Assembly: GCA_965214405.1 (NCBI GenBank)
Contig: OZ243956.1
Location: 4,256,001 to 4,320,000, forward strand
Origin: Trueperaceae bacterium
GTDB lineage: Bacteria > Deinococcota > Deinococci > Deinococcales > Trueperaceae
Direction of reading: 5' to 3'
Length of the DNA stretch: 64,000 nt
The notes under the pieces are model-generated. The model did not search any database. It saw nothing but the letters and a program-made list of their open reading frames with translations, and was not told where the DNA came from. The position numbers and the translations under genes are program-made. Each line of letters opens with the position of its first letter. Within the stretch, counting starts at the first letter, position 1. Positions 1 to 9,612 of this stretch are shown piece after piece.

Positions 1-432
1 CATTGCGTTGGTGTAGATCGGGAAGATATAGGTGTGACCGTCGGCGAAGGTCCAGCTCTGAATGGCCGTTTCCATCTCGCGCGCCGCGATGAGGTCGGCC
101 CAACCGGGCAGCGTGTCCAAACTCACGACGGCCCCCGCGTTCTGAAGTTGCGCCCCGAACCCGACGAAAATATTTTCGGACAGCGTCGGCCCCGTTCCCC
201 CCGCGAGAGACGCCAAAATAGCCGCCTCGGACGACGGCGTCTCGGGTATCGGCGTGACGGTAATGGTTACGTCCGGGTTGACCTGCTGGTACTCCTCGGC
301 CATCTGCCGCCAGAAGTTGGCTTGGGGAGGGTTCGGGGCCGCCCAAAAGTCGATGTTTTGGGCCAACGCCGCGCCGAACCCCATTGACAGCACGGTTAAC
401 AAGACAAGCCACATATTTTTTATTGATTTCAT
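1..432 (-). CDS. Sugar ABC transporter substrate-binding protein (N-terminal part; runs off window start)
   Basis: Not in the ORF track. Manual translation from ATG 432 gives MKSIKNMWLVLLTVLSMGFGAALAQNIDFWAAPNPPQANFWRQMAEEYQQVNPDVTITVTPIPE...GHTYIFPIYTNAM: a signal peptide plus an SBP_bac_1-like N-terminus. Confidence 0.8.
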   Translation of the reverse strand, partial: MKSIKNMWLVLLTVLSMGFGAALAQNIDFWAAPNPPQANFWRQMAEEYQQVNPDVTITVTPIPETPSSEAAILASLAGGTGPTLSENIFVGFGAQLQNAGAVVSLDTLPGWADLIAAREMETAIQSWTFADGHTYIFPIYTNAM

Positions 433-639
433 CAACGCTCTCCCTTTGAACCTGTTGCTGATGCACCCTGAAGTTCGCCTGTGCGCTCACCCGTGATTAC
501 AGCTACCCGTACGCCATTGCTGTCACCCCTTAGATCTGAACGTTTCGCCCCGGCTAAAGATTTTTCTAAAGAGGATTGGTGGAGAAAGGTAGAGGGACAC
601 CCTCTGCGCTTCACACCAAACGCGTTGTGAATTGCGCGA

Positions 640-668
640 ATGCTAGCACGGTGTCTAGGGCTTGTCAA
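640..668 (-). promoter_or_regulatory. Sigma70-type promoter for the sugar-binding protein gene
   Basis: Minus strand reads TTGACA (668-663), 17 nt, TAGCAT (645-640). Confidence 0.6.
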
Positions 669-685
669 TCTCTTCGGTCAACCGG

Positions 686-2044
686 GGGTGCAACCCCAAA
701 TAGGCGGATAGAAAAAGGGGCGTAGCAGCGGTAGAATGGCGGATGAAAACGAGCCAGACAGGTGATTGGAAAGAACGGGCGAAGGAAGCGTTTGGCAGGT
801 ACTTAGAAGCTTTGGAACGAGACCTACCCGAAGATGCGGGTGTAGCCGAGGTTGAGACGGCGATGCTGGCGCATTATCAAGCGATGATGAGTGAGACTAT
901 GCAAGCTCTGGCAGATAGCCGGAGCTTTTCCCCCCGAGCACAAAAGAGAAGTACCTGAAGGCTATTGGGGTAACGGCAAACGTCGCTGCGCGGTTAAGCA
1001 CTTGTGGGGCCGGGTCTATGTCGAGGTACAAAGGCTGGTTGATAGAGAGGGTCGAGCCAAACAAGCTATCCTCGATAGACGCTTAGACCATTCGGGCTGG
1101 ACGCCCAAAGCCTTAGCTTGCCTGACCGACTTAGCAGCGCGCGTGCCCTTAGAAGAAGGCGCTTACATCGCGCGCAACTTCGGCCTGAGGATTAGCTCGT
1201 CAGAATTAGACCGCTTGCAACGCCCCTACGCTGAGGCGTGTCGAGCCGAGGTGGCAGACAGACTGTTGTCTTGTTCAGAGCCTGAAGCGGCACGCCGACA
1301 AGGACGCGTCATGGTGTTGCAAATGGACGGCGTCTACGTCTTAGGGCAACCTGAACAGGGGCTATGTCCTGGCCTGGAACTCAAAACAGCCGTACTTTAT
1401 CCGCAAGCCGCTCCGAGTCAGCGCTGGATGTTGGCCGAACGCTGCTGTGCCGAAGACTTTGTCACGCTCGTGGCGGGTTTACTCAACGAAGCCGGAGTCA
1501 CCCCCGCGGATACGCTGCTCGGTTTGGGTGATGGAGCCGTTTGGATTGACAACATCTTTTGTCATCTCGACGCCGTAAGAATCACCGACGTCTACCACGC
1601 CACTCAGTACCTCGACACCATCATGCAAGCACTGGCTTGGGATGAAGACCTAAGAACGCGCCACCGCTGTGACTGGTATCGGGGTCAGCTCAACGCCCGT
1701 GACTGGCTCGCTCACCACCTTCCTAAACCCGAGGTCTGGCTCACCTGGGATGACAAAGCGCAAACTGCTCTAAAGTATCTTGAAACCCGGCTTGACAGTA
1801 TGGATTATGCTCGGTTCACAGAAAAAGGCTATCCCATCGGTTCAGGGCAAATCGAAGGGATGAACAAAGCCGTTATCGGAAACCGTATGAAAAGAAGCGG
1901 GATGCACTGGTCCAAACAAGGTGCTGCCAGTATGGCCTCTTTGCGTGCCCAGACCTGTGCCAAACATTCCCTCATTGACTTTGGGCAGCTCAGGCACCTC
2001 GCTTACCCTGCCCCGGCTTAATCCGACACTAGCGGGCTGCACCC
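686..2044 (+). mobile_element. ISKra4/ISLre2-like insertion sequence, full length
   Basis: Terminal inverted repeats GGGTGCAACCC / GGGCTGCACCC. 9-bp direct repeat GTCAACCGG at 677-685 and 2045-2053. Encodes a DDE transposase. Confidence 0.85.
743..2021 (+). CDS. ISKra4-family DDE transposase: ORFs 743..958 and 891..2021, probably joined by -1 frameshift at TTTTCCCCCC (926-935)
   Basis: Motifs QMDG, LGDGAVWI, DVYHATQYL and PIGSGQIEG..K....RMKRSGMHW. The two ORFs overlap in the -1 frame with a slippery run. Confidence 0.85.
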
Positions 2045-2234
2045 GTCAACCGGTCAACCGGCAGGCTCTTATCATGAACATCATAAAGAAAGCTATAAGA
2101 ATGCGTTTCTGCTTTCCTAGAGACGAAAGTACCGAATACCCAGGACTGAGTTCAAAGTGTCTCACTCGGGACTCTTTCGGTACTCTTCTCTCTAACGCTC
2201 CCAAAGAGACGTGCTGATAAAAGTCTGGTCAACC

Positions 2235-2740
2235 GGGCGCAAGTCAACGTGTCGGGCAAGAAGAGGCGTGGTGACGCAAACGTGGCGTGGGAGACGAGCG
2301 GCTGTTTAGAACAGCGCCTGGCTCTTAAAGAAGCTTTGCGTCCTGCTGCCCATGCGCAACCGCCGCGCCCCGGACTGTTTCATGCGGAAACCGATGACGC
2401 TCTCGTTCACGTTTTCGATCTGGCCGGAGCCGATGGCTAAGCCGCGTGTTTTGTGGCTGGGATCATCCATGTGGTGTTGACGTTTATGCAAGTAGCGTCA
2501 GGCCGTTTGGACCTCTCTGTTTTCACTAATTTGTCTTCACTGAATTTGTCTTCACTGCACGGGAGACGCGACTCGTGAAGCTGCTCGCGCAACCAGGCGG
2601 CGGCGTCAATTTCGCCCCGCAGCCGCGCACCTTTTGTCGCGGCACGCTGCTGCTCATCCCGGCCGAGGGTTTACATATTACATTAAGGTTACACAAGGGT
2701 GCCGAAGTGGGAACTGCTGGTAAACGTCGGTGACGGGCTC
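2235..2740 (-). pseudogene. Degraded ISKra4-family transposase remnant (C-terminal part plus IS end)
   Basis: Minus-strand translation VTDVYQ...RGEIDAAAWL...QTA*RYLHKRQHHMD...GLAIGSGQIENVNESVIGFRMKQSG aligns by eye to the intact transposase, with stops and frameshifts. An end-like GGGCGCAAG lies at 2235. Confidence 0.75.
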
Positions 2741-2996
2741 AACGCCCAGACGGCGGCTCGAGAGACAAAAGGTGAGGAGATAAAATGTGAGAGGCAAAAA
2801 GAAGACCCCGCTTGGGCAACGGGGTAAAGGAGAGAGGTAAGCACGTTGTGATGGTGTTGGCGCTGATGCTCGTGCTTACCTGAAAAGAGTTTAAGACAGT
2901 GTACCTGACGGCGTTCTTACGTTTTCGAGTAAGATTTGTGTAAGGCGCGTGTAAGATTCTCCCGTTACGGCCCCGGGTGTCCTGTAGACTTGGGCT

Positions 2997-4439
2997 ATGC
3001 TCCCCAGAACCCGAAGCCACACCGAGCGCGTCGTCCAGTTCGGCACGGGCAACTTTTTAAGGGCTTTCGTCGATTGGCAGCTCGACGTCATCAACGAACA
3101 TACGGCCTTCGACGCGGGCGTCGTCATGCTCAAGTCCACCGATTCGGCGAGGGCGTCTCTAAACGAGCAGGACGGACTCTATACCGTGCTGCTTCGCGGC
3201 CTGGACGACGCGGGTGAGGTGGTGGACGAGGCGCGGCTCATCCAGTCGGTGACGCGTCAACTGGATATCGCGGAGGCGTTCGGCGACTTTTTGGCGTTGG
3301 CGCGTGACCCAAACATAGAATTCGTCTTTTCCAACACCACCGAAGCGGGTATCCGCTTTGAGGCGGGGGATAAGTTTGAGGACGCCCCACCCGCCTCGTT
3401 CCCCGCCAAGCTCACGCGCTTTATGTTCGAACGTTACCGGGCCTTTTCGGGAGCGGCTGAAAAGGGTCTGGTCATCGTCCCTTGCGAACTCATCGACCAC
3501 AACGGCGACACGCTAAAAGGGTCCGTTCGGCGCTACGCCGAGCTGTGGGATTTGCCCGACGGGTTTGGAAATTGGCTCGAGCGCGCCAACACCTTTTGCA
3601 ACACACTGGTCGACCGCATCGTGACGGGGTATCCGGCGGACGCTGAGGTAGTGCTCGAGCGTCTCGGCTACGATGACGCCTTTTTGAGTGTGGCTGAGCC
3701 CTATTACTTTTTCGCCATTCAGGGACCGGAAGATTTAGCCCAGCGGTTGCACCTAGATGAGGTCGACCTGCCCCACGTCCACATCGCTGACGACATCACC
3801 CCCTTCAAAACGCGCAAGGTGGGCCTTCTCAACGGGGCGCACACCCTGATGGTGCCGGTGGCTTATTTGTGCGGTTTAGACACTGTAAAGGACGCTGTAG
3901 AGCATCCGCTAATAAACGCGTTCGTCCGGAACGCCATTTTTGATGAAGTCATCCCCGCGCTGCCCCTTCCCGCGGACGACTTACGCAGCTTTGCCGAGGA
4001 GGTGTTCAGGCGTTTTCGCAACCCGTTTGTCGAGCACAAGCTCCTGGACATCTCGCTCAATTCGGTGGCGAAATTCAAGGCGCGGCTGCTGCCGCAACTC
4101 CTGAGTTATTCTGAAACTCACGGCGACGCGCCGCTGAGGCTGAGTTTCGCGCTCGCAGGGCTTATCATGTTTTACAAAGGCGAACGGGACGGCGCGCCCT
4201 TCACGCTACGCGACAGCGAAGAGGTGTTGACGCTTTTTGGTGAGGCCTGGCGCGCTTATCAAAAAGGCGAGACGGCTCTAAGAGATGTGACGGACAGCGT
4301 CTTGGGCCATGAACCGTTCTGGGAACAGGATTTGCGCGAAATAAGCGGGTTGAGCGAACGGGTTAGAGTGGGGCTCGAGCAGATCGAAGAGAAAGGCATG
4401 GTCGGCGCGCTCGAGGCCTTGAAAGCAGGTTCATCCTAA
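2997..4439 (+). CDS. uxaB: Altronate oxidoreductase (tagaturonate reductase)
   Basis: Motifs VVQFGTGNFLRAFVDW, SNTTEAGI, PCELIDHNG, NTLVDRIVTGYP, LNGAHT and RFRNPF. Confidence 0.92.
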   Translation: MLPRTRSHTERVVQFGTGNFLRAFVDWQLDVINEHTAFDAGVVMLKSTDSARASLNEQDGLYTVLLRGLDDAGEVVDEARLIQSVTRQLDIAEAFGDFLALARDPNIEFVFSNTTEAGIRFEAGDKFEDAPPASFPAKLTRFMFERYRAFSGAAEKGLVIVPCELIDHNGDTLKGSVRRYAELWDLPDGFGNWLERANTFCNTLVDRIVTGYPADAEVVLERLGYDDAFLSVAEPYYFFAIQGPEDLAQRLHLDEVDLPHVHIADDITPFKTRKVGLLNGAHTLMVPVAYLCGLDTVKDAVEHPLINAFVRNAIFDEVIPALPLPADDLRSFAEEVFRRFRNPFVEHKLLDISLNSVAKFKARLLPQLLSYSETHGDAPLRLSFALAGLIMFYKGERDGAPFTLRDSEEVLTLFGEAWRAYQKGETALRDVTDSVLGHEPFWEQDLREISGLSERVRVGLEQIEEKGMVGALEALKAGSS

Positions 4440-4537
4440 AATGCTAGCTTCACCCTCGAGGCGTACGGCAGTTATGAAGTAGTAATGCAGTAGTAATGCA
4501 GTGGCGAAAACAATGCAGTGACGAAAGCAGGTTCACC

Positions 4538-7198
4538 GTGACACATTCTTTTCAAGAGGTCGCCCGTCTAGCTCATCCCGGAGACAACTGCGCCGTCGCA
4601 ACGCGCACCCTAAAGCCTGGCGCGAACCTGTTTTTTGAGGGAGAAACGCTGACGCTGACGCACACGGTATTAGAGGGCCACCGTTTCGCCGTTCGTGGGG
4701 TCGCGCAAGGCGAGTCTCTGCTGTCGTGGCACACGCCTTTTGGTCGGGCCAGCGCGCCGATTGAGCCGGGCGACTACCTCTGTAACCCTACCGTGCTCGA
4801 GAATCTGATAACGCGTAAGTTGGGGCTCGAGCTGCCCCAAACGCCCAACTTTGTCGACGAGATTCCCCCGCTGGACAAAACGACGCTGCACCTCAGCCCG
4901 GCCCCGCCGGTCGCGCGTTACGACGCGCCGGGGAGCTTTGCGGGTTACCCTCGCCCGGGCGGGCGCGGCGCGGGCACGCGTAACACCGTCGTCTTGCTCG
5001 GCACCTCGTCGCTCACGGGGAGTTTTGTGAGGGAACTCGAGGCGCGGCTCCGGCCTCTGGCAAATGCCTATCCTCATATCGACGACGTCGTCGCGGTGGC
5101 GCACACCGAAGGGGCTTATGGCGAACCGAACAACCGCGACATGCTGCTGCGCACGCTGGCGGGTTTTATGGTGCATCCGAACGTCGGGGCGGTGCTGGCG
5201 GTCGATGCGGGCATGGAGGCCGTGAATAACGGGGCGCTTAAAACGTTCATAGCCGCACAGGGCTACCCCCTGGCGCACGTGCCCCACCACTTTATGAGCC
5301 GAAGCGGAAGCTTTACGGGTGACCTGACGACCGCCGAGCGGGTGGTGACGGGCTGGTTGACTGAGGTCAATGCCAACAAGCGCCAAGACGTTCCTTTGTC
5401 CCACCTCAAGGTCGCCTTGCAGTGCGGCGGCTCGGACGCGTTTTCGGGCATCTCGGGCAATCCGCTGGTCGCCTGGGTCGCGCGGGAAATCATCCGGCAC
5501 GGCGGCAGCGCGAACCTAGCCGAAACGGACGAGCTTATCGGCGCGGAGGCGTATCTTCTTAGCAGGGTTCGCAACGAAGCGGTCGGCGAAAAGTTTTTGG
5601 CGACCTTGGAGCGCTTCAACACCTGGGCCGCGCGCCACGGGCACTCCGCCGCAGGCAATCCTTCGGGCGGCAACGTGCTGCGCGGGCTCTACAACATCTA
5701 CCTCAAATCCCTGGGCGCGGCCATGAAGCGCCCGCCCGACGTGCCTTTAGACGCAGTGATCGACTACGCCGAGCCCATGAGCACAGCGGGCTACACCTTT
5801 ATGGACAGTCCGGGCAACGATTTGGAAAGCGTCGCCGGGCAGGTCGCCGCGGGCTGCAATCTCATCTATTTTGTGACTGGCAACGGCTCGATTACCAACT
5901 TCCCGTTTGTTCCGACGCTCAAGGTGGTGACGACGAGCGAGCGCTACCGGCTTCTTTCCAAAGAAATGGACGTGAACGCTGGAAGCTATCTCGAGGGTTT
6001 CCCAATGGACGATCTAGGGCTCGAGACCTTTGCGCTCTCGCTCAAAGTCGCCTCCGGAGGGCGCAGCGTGGGCGAGGTGGCGGGGCACGCCCAGGTGCAG
6101 ATTTGGCGTAATTGGCAACTTTCGGAAGGCTCCAATCTAACAACGCGTCCATCAGGAAGACCAACGCCGACGGGAGAGCCCATCCCTTTGAGGTGTGACG
6201 TAACCTTGCCGGAGCGCCGCTTTAGCCTCTACCGCACGGCTTCGGGCGTCGCCAGCCAACAGCTCGGTCTGGTTTTGCCCACGAGCCTGTGCGCCGGGCA
6301 GGTAGGCCGTCTCATCGTCGGACGCTTGAACGAACAGTTTGAGAACCATGACGGTGTCGGCGGCTTTGTGAGTCTGCTCCACACCGAAGGCTGCGGCGGT
6401 TCGGGCAGCCCCGAACTCGTGCCTACGCTGCTGGGCCACGCCACGCATCCGCTGGTGCGTTTTGCCTTGCTACTCGAGCACGGCTGCGAAAAAACCCATA
6501 ATGCCTATTTTAGAGAGCGTATGGAGGAGCGAGGGGTGGACCCTGACCGCTTTGGTTGGGCGAGCATCCAGCTCGACGGGGGCATCGCGCAAGTTTCGGA
6601 AAAAGTGTCGCGGTGGTTTGCCCAGAGGCTGGCGGGCGCTCCGGCGTTGGAGCGGGTAGAGGTCGGGCTCGAGGCGCTGCGAATCGGCTTCATGGCGGCG
6701 GAGGCTCCGCCAGCGGACGTGACGCGGGAATTCGCCCATTTGATTCAAGGAATTGTGGCGGCGGGCGGGACGGTCGTCGTTCCCGAGCAGGCGCAGCTTC
6801 AGGAGGTGTTGGGGGTGCTCGGGGTAGGCACCACAACCCCAAGCCTCAGTTACGCCCAGAGCGCTACACGACCGGGCTTTCACCTCATGGACGGGGCCGG
6901 AACCGCGCCGCACTGGGTCGAAACCCTGACGGGCTTAGGCGCGACGGGCGCCGAACTCATCCTCGCTTACGTCGGCAGCAGCGCGCGCCAGGGTCACCCG
7001 TTCGTGCCCGTGTTGCAGGTGAGCGACCGCGTGGTGAGTGATATGGACTTTGTTCTCAGCGGCGAAGCTGAGGGGTGGGTAGAAGAGCTTTTAGACAAGG
7101 TGGTGGCGACGTTGGAGGGTTCCTATAAACCTAACGCCGCCAAACAGGGCAACGTTGATTTTCAGCTCACCAGGGGCGCGTTGGGCGTGTCGCTCTGA
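4538..7198 (+). CDS. uxaA: UxaA-family (altronate) dehydratase, extended by an internal partial duplication
   Basis: N-terminal SAF domain followed by QCGGSD..SG, NPSGGN..GL..I..KSLGA, DSPGND and FVTGNG. About 890 aa versus about 500 for typical members. Start is GTG 4538 or ATG 4496. Confidence 0.8.
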   Translation: MTHSFQEVARLAHPGDNCAVATRTLKPGANLFFEGETLTLTHTVLEGHRFAVRGVAQGESLLSWHTPFGRASAPIEPGDYLCNPTVLENLITRKLGLELPQTPNFVDEIPPLDKTTLHLSPAPPVARYDAPGSFAGYPRPGGRGAGTRNTVVLLGTSSLTGSFVRELEARLRPLANAYPHIDDVVAVAHTEGAYGEPNNRDMLLRTLAGFMVHPNVGAVLAVDAGMEAVNNGALKTFIAAQGYPLAHVPHHFMSRSGSFTGDLTTAERVVTGWLTEVNANKRQDVPLSHLKVALQCGGSDAFSGISGNPLVAWVAREIIRHGGSANLAETDELIGAEAYLLSRVRNEAVGEKFLATLERFNTWAARHGHSAAGNPSGGNVLRGLYNIYLKSLGAAMKRPPDVPLDAVIDYAEPMSTAGYTFMDSPGNDLESVAGQVAAGCNLIYFVTGNGSITNFPFVPTLKVVTTSERYRLLSKEMDVNAGSYLEGFPMDDLGLETFALSLKVASGGRSVGEVAGHAQVQIWRNWQLSEGSNLTTRPSGRPTPTGEPIPLRCDVTLPERRFSLYRTASGVASQQLGLVLPTSLCAGQVGRLIVGRLNEQFENHDGVGGFVSLLHTEGCGGSGSPELVPTLLGHATHPLVRFALLLEHGCEKTHNAYFRERMEERGVDPDRFGWASIQLDGGIAQVSEKVSRWFAQRLAGAPALERVEVGLEALRIGFMAAEAPPADVTREFAHLIQGIVAAGGTVVVPEQAQLQEVLGVLGVGTTTPSLSYAQSATRPGFHLMDGAGTAPHWVETLTGLGATGAELILAYVGSSARQGHPFVPVLQVSDRVVSDMDFVLSGEAEGWVEELLDKVVATLEGSYKPNAAKQGNVDFQLTRGALGVSL

Positions 7199-7214
7199 AG
7201 ATTCGGGGAGCAAG

Positions 7215-8216
7215 CTAGCGCGTGATGGCGGCGGCGTGCTGCCCTTCAACGAGCGCTTGAACTTCCGGAAGATTGACCAGCGGCAAGTCTCCCCGAATGC
7301 TGTACTTTAGGGCCGCGACCACCACGCCCCAGCGCAGCGCGGTAGGAACCGAACCAAAGGTCAGGTAACCGTAGAGAAATCCCGCCGAAAACGCGTCCCC
7401 GCCGCCCACGCGGTCGACCGCTTCGGCGGGTAAAGCCGTCTCGGTAAAAACTTCGCCGTCGGGCGTGCGGGCCGCCGCGCCCGCCGCGCCTTGGGTGATG
7501 ACGGTAAGGGCCTGAGGATAGGTTTGGGCCAAGGTCTCGAGCAGTCGGGGAGTATCTATATGTGTATCTGCGGACTCGAGCCCAAACATCGCCCGCGCGT
7601 CCCTCTGCGCCACAAAAATAATATCCGCCGTCGCCATCGCGCCGTGACAGCCCGCCTTGGCCTCTTCATAAGACCAAAGTTTGCTGCGGTGGTTCACGTC
7701 GAAACTCACCAGCCACCCCGCCCCTTTCGCCAGAGACAGCGCGTGCAGCGTTGTTTGTGCCGCGCTCTTGCCAATCGCCAGCGAGATGCCGCTGGTGTGG
7801 AAAAGCCGCGCGCCTTGTTCTGTAAAGAGGTTGCTCGGTACGTCGCTTGGTTGAATAAGGCTCACCGCGGAATCTTTGCGGTCGTAAATCACCTGAGCGC
7901 CCCGCGGTTTCGCGCCCTGCTCGACAAAATAGAGCCCCATGCGCGCGTCGTCGGTCCAGCAAACGTGACGCGTGTCGACGCCGTGGCGCTCGAGCTCTCC
8001 GGCGGCGAGGTGGCCCAGCGCGTTGTCCGGCAAGCGGGACAGCCAGCAGGTTTTGAGGCCCAGGCGGGCCAGACCCACCGCCGTATTCGACTCGCTGCCC
8101 GCCACCTCGATGTCCAAGCTGCGGGTCTGCTCGAGCCGCAACAAGCCCGGCGGGGTCAGGCGGAGCATACTCTCGCCCAGGGTCACCACGTCGTAGCGGG
8201 TGTCATAGCGGGTCAT
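7215..8216 (-). CDS. kdgK: 2-keto-3-deoxygluconate kinase (PfkB family)
   Basis: Motifs LGESMLRL, AGSESNTAVGLARLG, SFDVNHRSKLW and DRVGGGDAFSAG. ATG 8216 overlaps the eda stop (ATGA). Confidence 0.85.
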   Translation of the reverse strand: MTRYDTRYDVVTLGESMLRLTPPGLLRLEQTRSLDIEVAGSESNTAVGLARLGLKTCWLSRLPDNALGHLAAGELERHGVDTRHVCWTDDARMGLYFVEQGAKPRGAQVIYDRKDSAVSLIQPSDVPSNLFTEQGARLFHTSGISLAIGKSAAQTTLHALSLAKGAGWLVSFDVNHRSKLWSYEEAKAGCHGAMATADIIFVAQRDARAMFGLESADTHIDTPRLLETLAQTYPQALTVITQGAAGAAARTPDGEVFTETALPAEAVDRVGGGDAFSAGFLYGYLTFGSVPTALRWGVVVAALKYSIRGDLPLVNLPEVQALVEGQHAAAITR

Positions 8217-8884
8217 GGGGCGGTTCCGGGAGCTTCGGCGGCTTTGACAAAGGCTCGAGCGTGTGTGCTCAACCCCTCCCAATCCTCGTTTTTTAGCGCT
8301 TCCCTATTTAGTAAACTGCTCCCCGTCCCGACCGCGAACGCGCCCTGGTCTAAAAATGCGGTGATGTTTAACAGGTCTACCCCGCCCGTGGGGATGAGTT
8401 TGAGGTAGGGCAGCGGGGCGAGCACGTCTTTGATATAGCCGGGGCCGAGCGTGGTCGCGGGAAATACCTTGACCGCCTCCGCCCCGGCCTGCCACGCGGC
8501 GTGGATTTCGGTCGGGGTAAACGCGCCGGGAAAAATGGGCACACCTGCCTCTTTGCACACTTCGACAATATCCAAATCCATCACCGGCGTGACGACGAAC
8601 TGCGCGCCCGCCTCGAGCGCCTGGTGCGCTTCACTAACGCTACGCACCGAGCCCGCGCCCACCAGGCCTCCGGCTCCTCCAAACGCCTCACGCCGCCGCA
8701 TCCGCCCGATGGCGTCTAAACTGTCGGGGTTGGTCAGGGTAAATTCTTGCACCTTGACGCCCGCGTCCAACAGTGCCGTCGCCACGGCTTCGGCGTGGCT
8801 GAGGTCGTCCTGGCGGATGACGGCCAGGAGCCGGGTGCGGGAGAGGGTCTCGAGCACCGCGCGGGTTGTTTTTGATTCGCTCAT
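8213..8884 (-). CDS. eda: KDPG/KHG aldolase
   Basis: Motifs AVIR, EFTLT, GAGSV, PGAFTPTEI, VKVFPA and PTGGV. TAGGAT lies 7 nt before ATG 8884. Confidence 0.92.
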   Translation of the reverse strand: MSESKTTRAVLETLSRTRLLAVIRQDDLSHAEAVATALLDAGVKVQEFTLTNPDSLDAIGRMRRREAFGGAGGLVGAGSVRSVSEAHQALEAGAQFVVTPVMDLDIVEVCKEAGVPIFPGAFTPTEIHAAWQAGAEAVKVFPATTLGPGYIKDVLAPLPYLKLIPTGGVDLLNITAFLDQGAFAVGTGSSLLNREALKNEDWEGLSTHARAFVKAAEAPGTAP

Positions 8885-9044
8885 GGCCGCCATCCTACCG
8901 CGTTGCGCGGTTCGTCGTTGGATGCTGCGAGCAGTTAAACATGTTTGATAATCACGCTTCCTACAGGACGACGTAGAAAAGTAGACACATTATGCGTTTC
9001 AACAGAGAGCGGGAGCGAGTGTGACTTCAGTTACACTTTCATGT

Positions 9045-9278
9045 ATGAAAACGGCCATTTCCATTCCCGACGATATCTTTCAAAAAGCCGAAGAGACGGC
9101 GCGCACACTTCGTATGTCACGCAGCGAACTCTACGCCAAAGCTGTCGAGGCGTTTATCAAGCAGCACCAGGCGGACGCCGTCACCGCCACGCTGAACACC
9201 CTTTACAAGAAAGAAGAGAGCGGGCTGGACCCGGAGATGACCCATATGCAGGCCGCCTCGCTCGAGACCGATGGGTGA
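9045..9278 (+). CDS. Ribbon-helix-helix antitoxin (ChpI-like)
   Basis: MKTAISIPDDIFQKAEETARTLRMSRSELYAKA; its stop overlaps the start of the downstream PemK/MazF toxin. Confidence 0.8.
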   Translation: MKTAISIPDDIFQKAEETARTLRMSRSELYAKAVEAFIKQHQADAVTATLNTLYKKEESGLDPEMTHMQAASLETDG

Positions 9279-9612
9279 ATCCGGGTGAGATTTGGTGGGC
9301 GGACCTGCCGGTGCCGGAGGGGTCCGAACCGGGTTACCGACGCCCTGTTCTCATCGTTTCGTCGAGCATTTTCAACCGTAGCGCCATCCGCACGGTACTC
9401 GCGGTTGTGGTGACCTCGAACACCCGCCTTAGCAAGGCACCCGGCAATATCTTTTATCTACCAATGCAACCGGACTGTCCAAAGATGCGGTCGCCAATAT
9501 TTCTCAGGTCGTCACAGTGGACAAAGCATTTTTGGACAAACGCGTCGGCGTTTTGTCTGCCAATGTACTTGCTGAGGTTAAAAATGGTTTAAGGCTGGTG
9601 CTCGAGCTTTAA
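9275..9612 (+). pseudogene. PemK/MazF toxin with a 1-nt frameshift in the T-run at 9452-9455
   Basis: MNPGEIWWADL...GSEPGYRRPVLIVS...N...VVVTSN in one frame; LSTNATGLSKDAVANISQVVTVDKAFLDKRVG...GLRLVLEL* in the shifted frame. Confidence 0.85.

Noticed and set aside
8945..9592. 215-aa ORF as a real fusion protein
   Set aside because: It is an artefact: an out-of-frame overlap of the antitoxin plus the frameshifted MazF.
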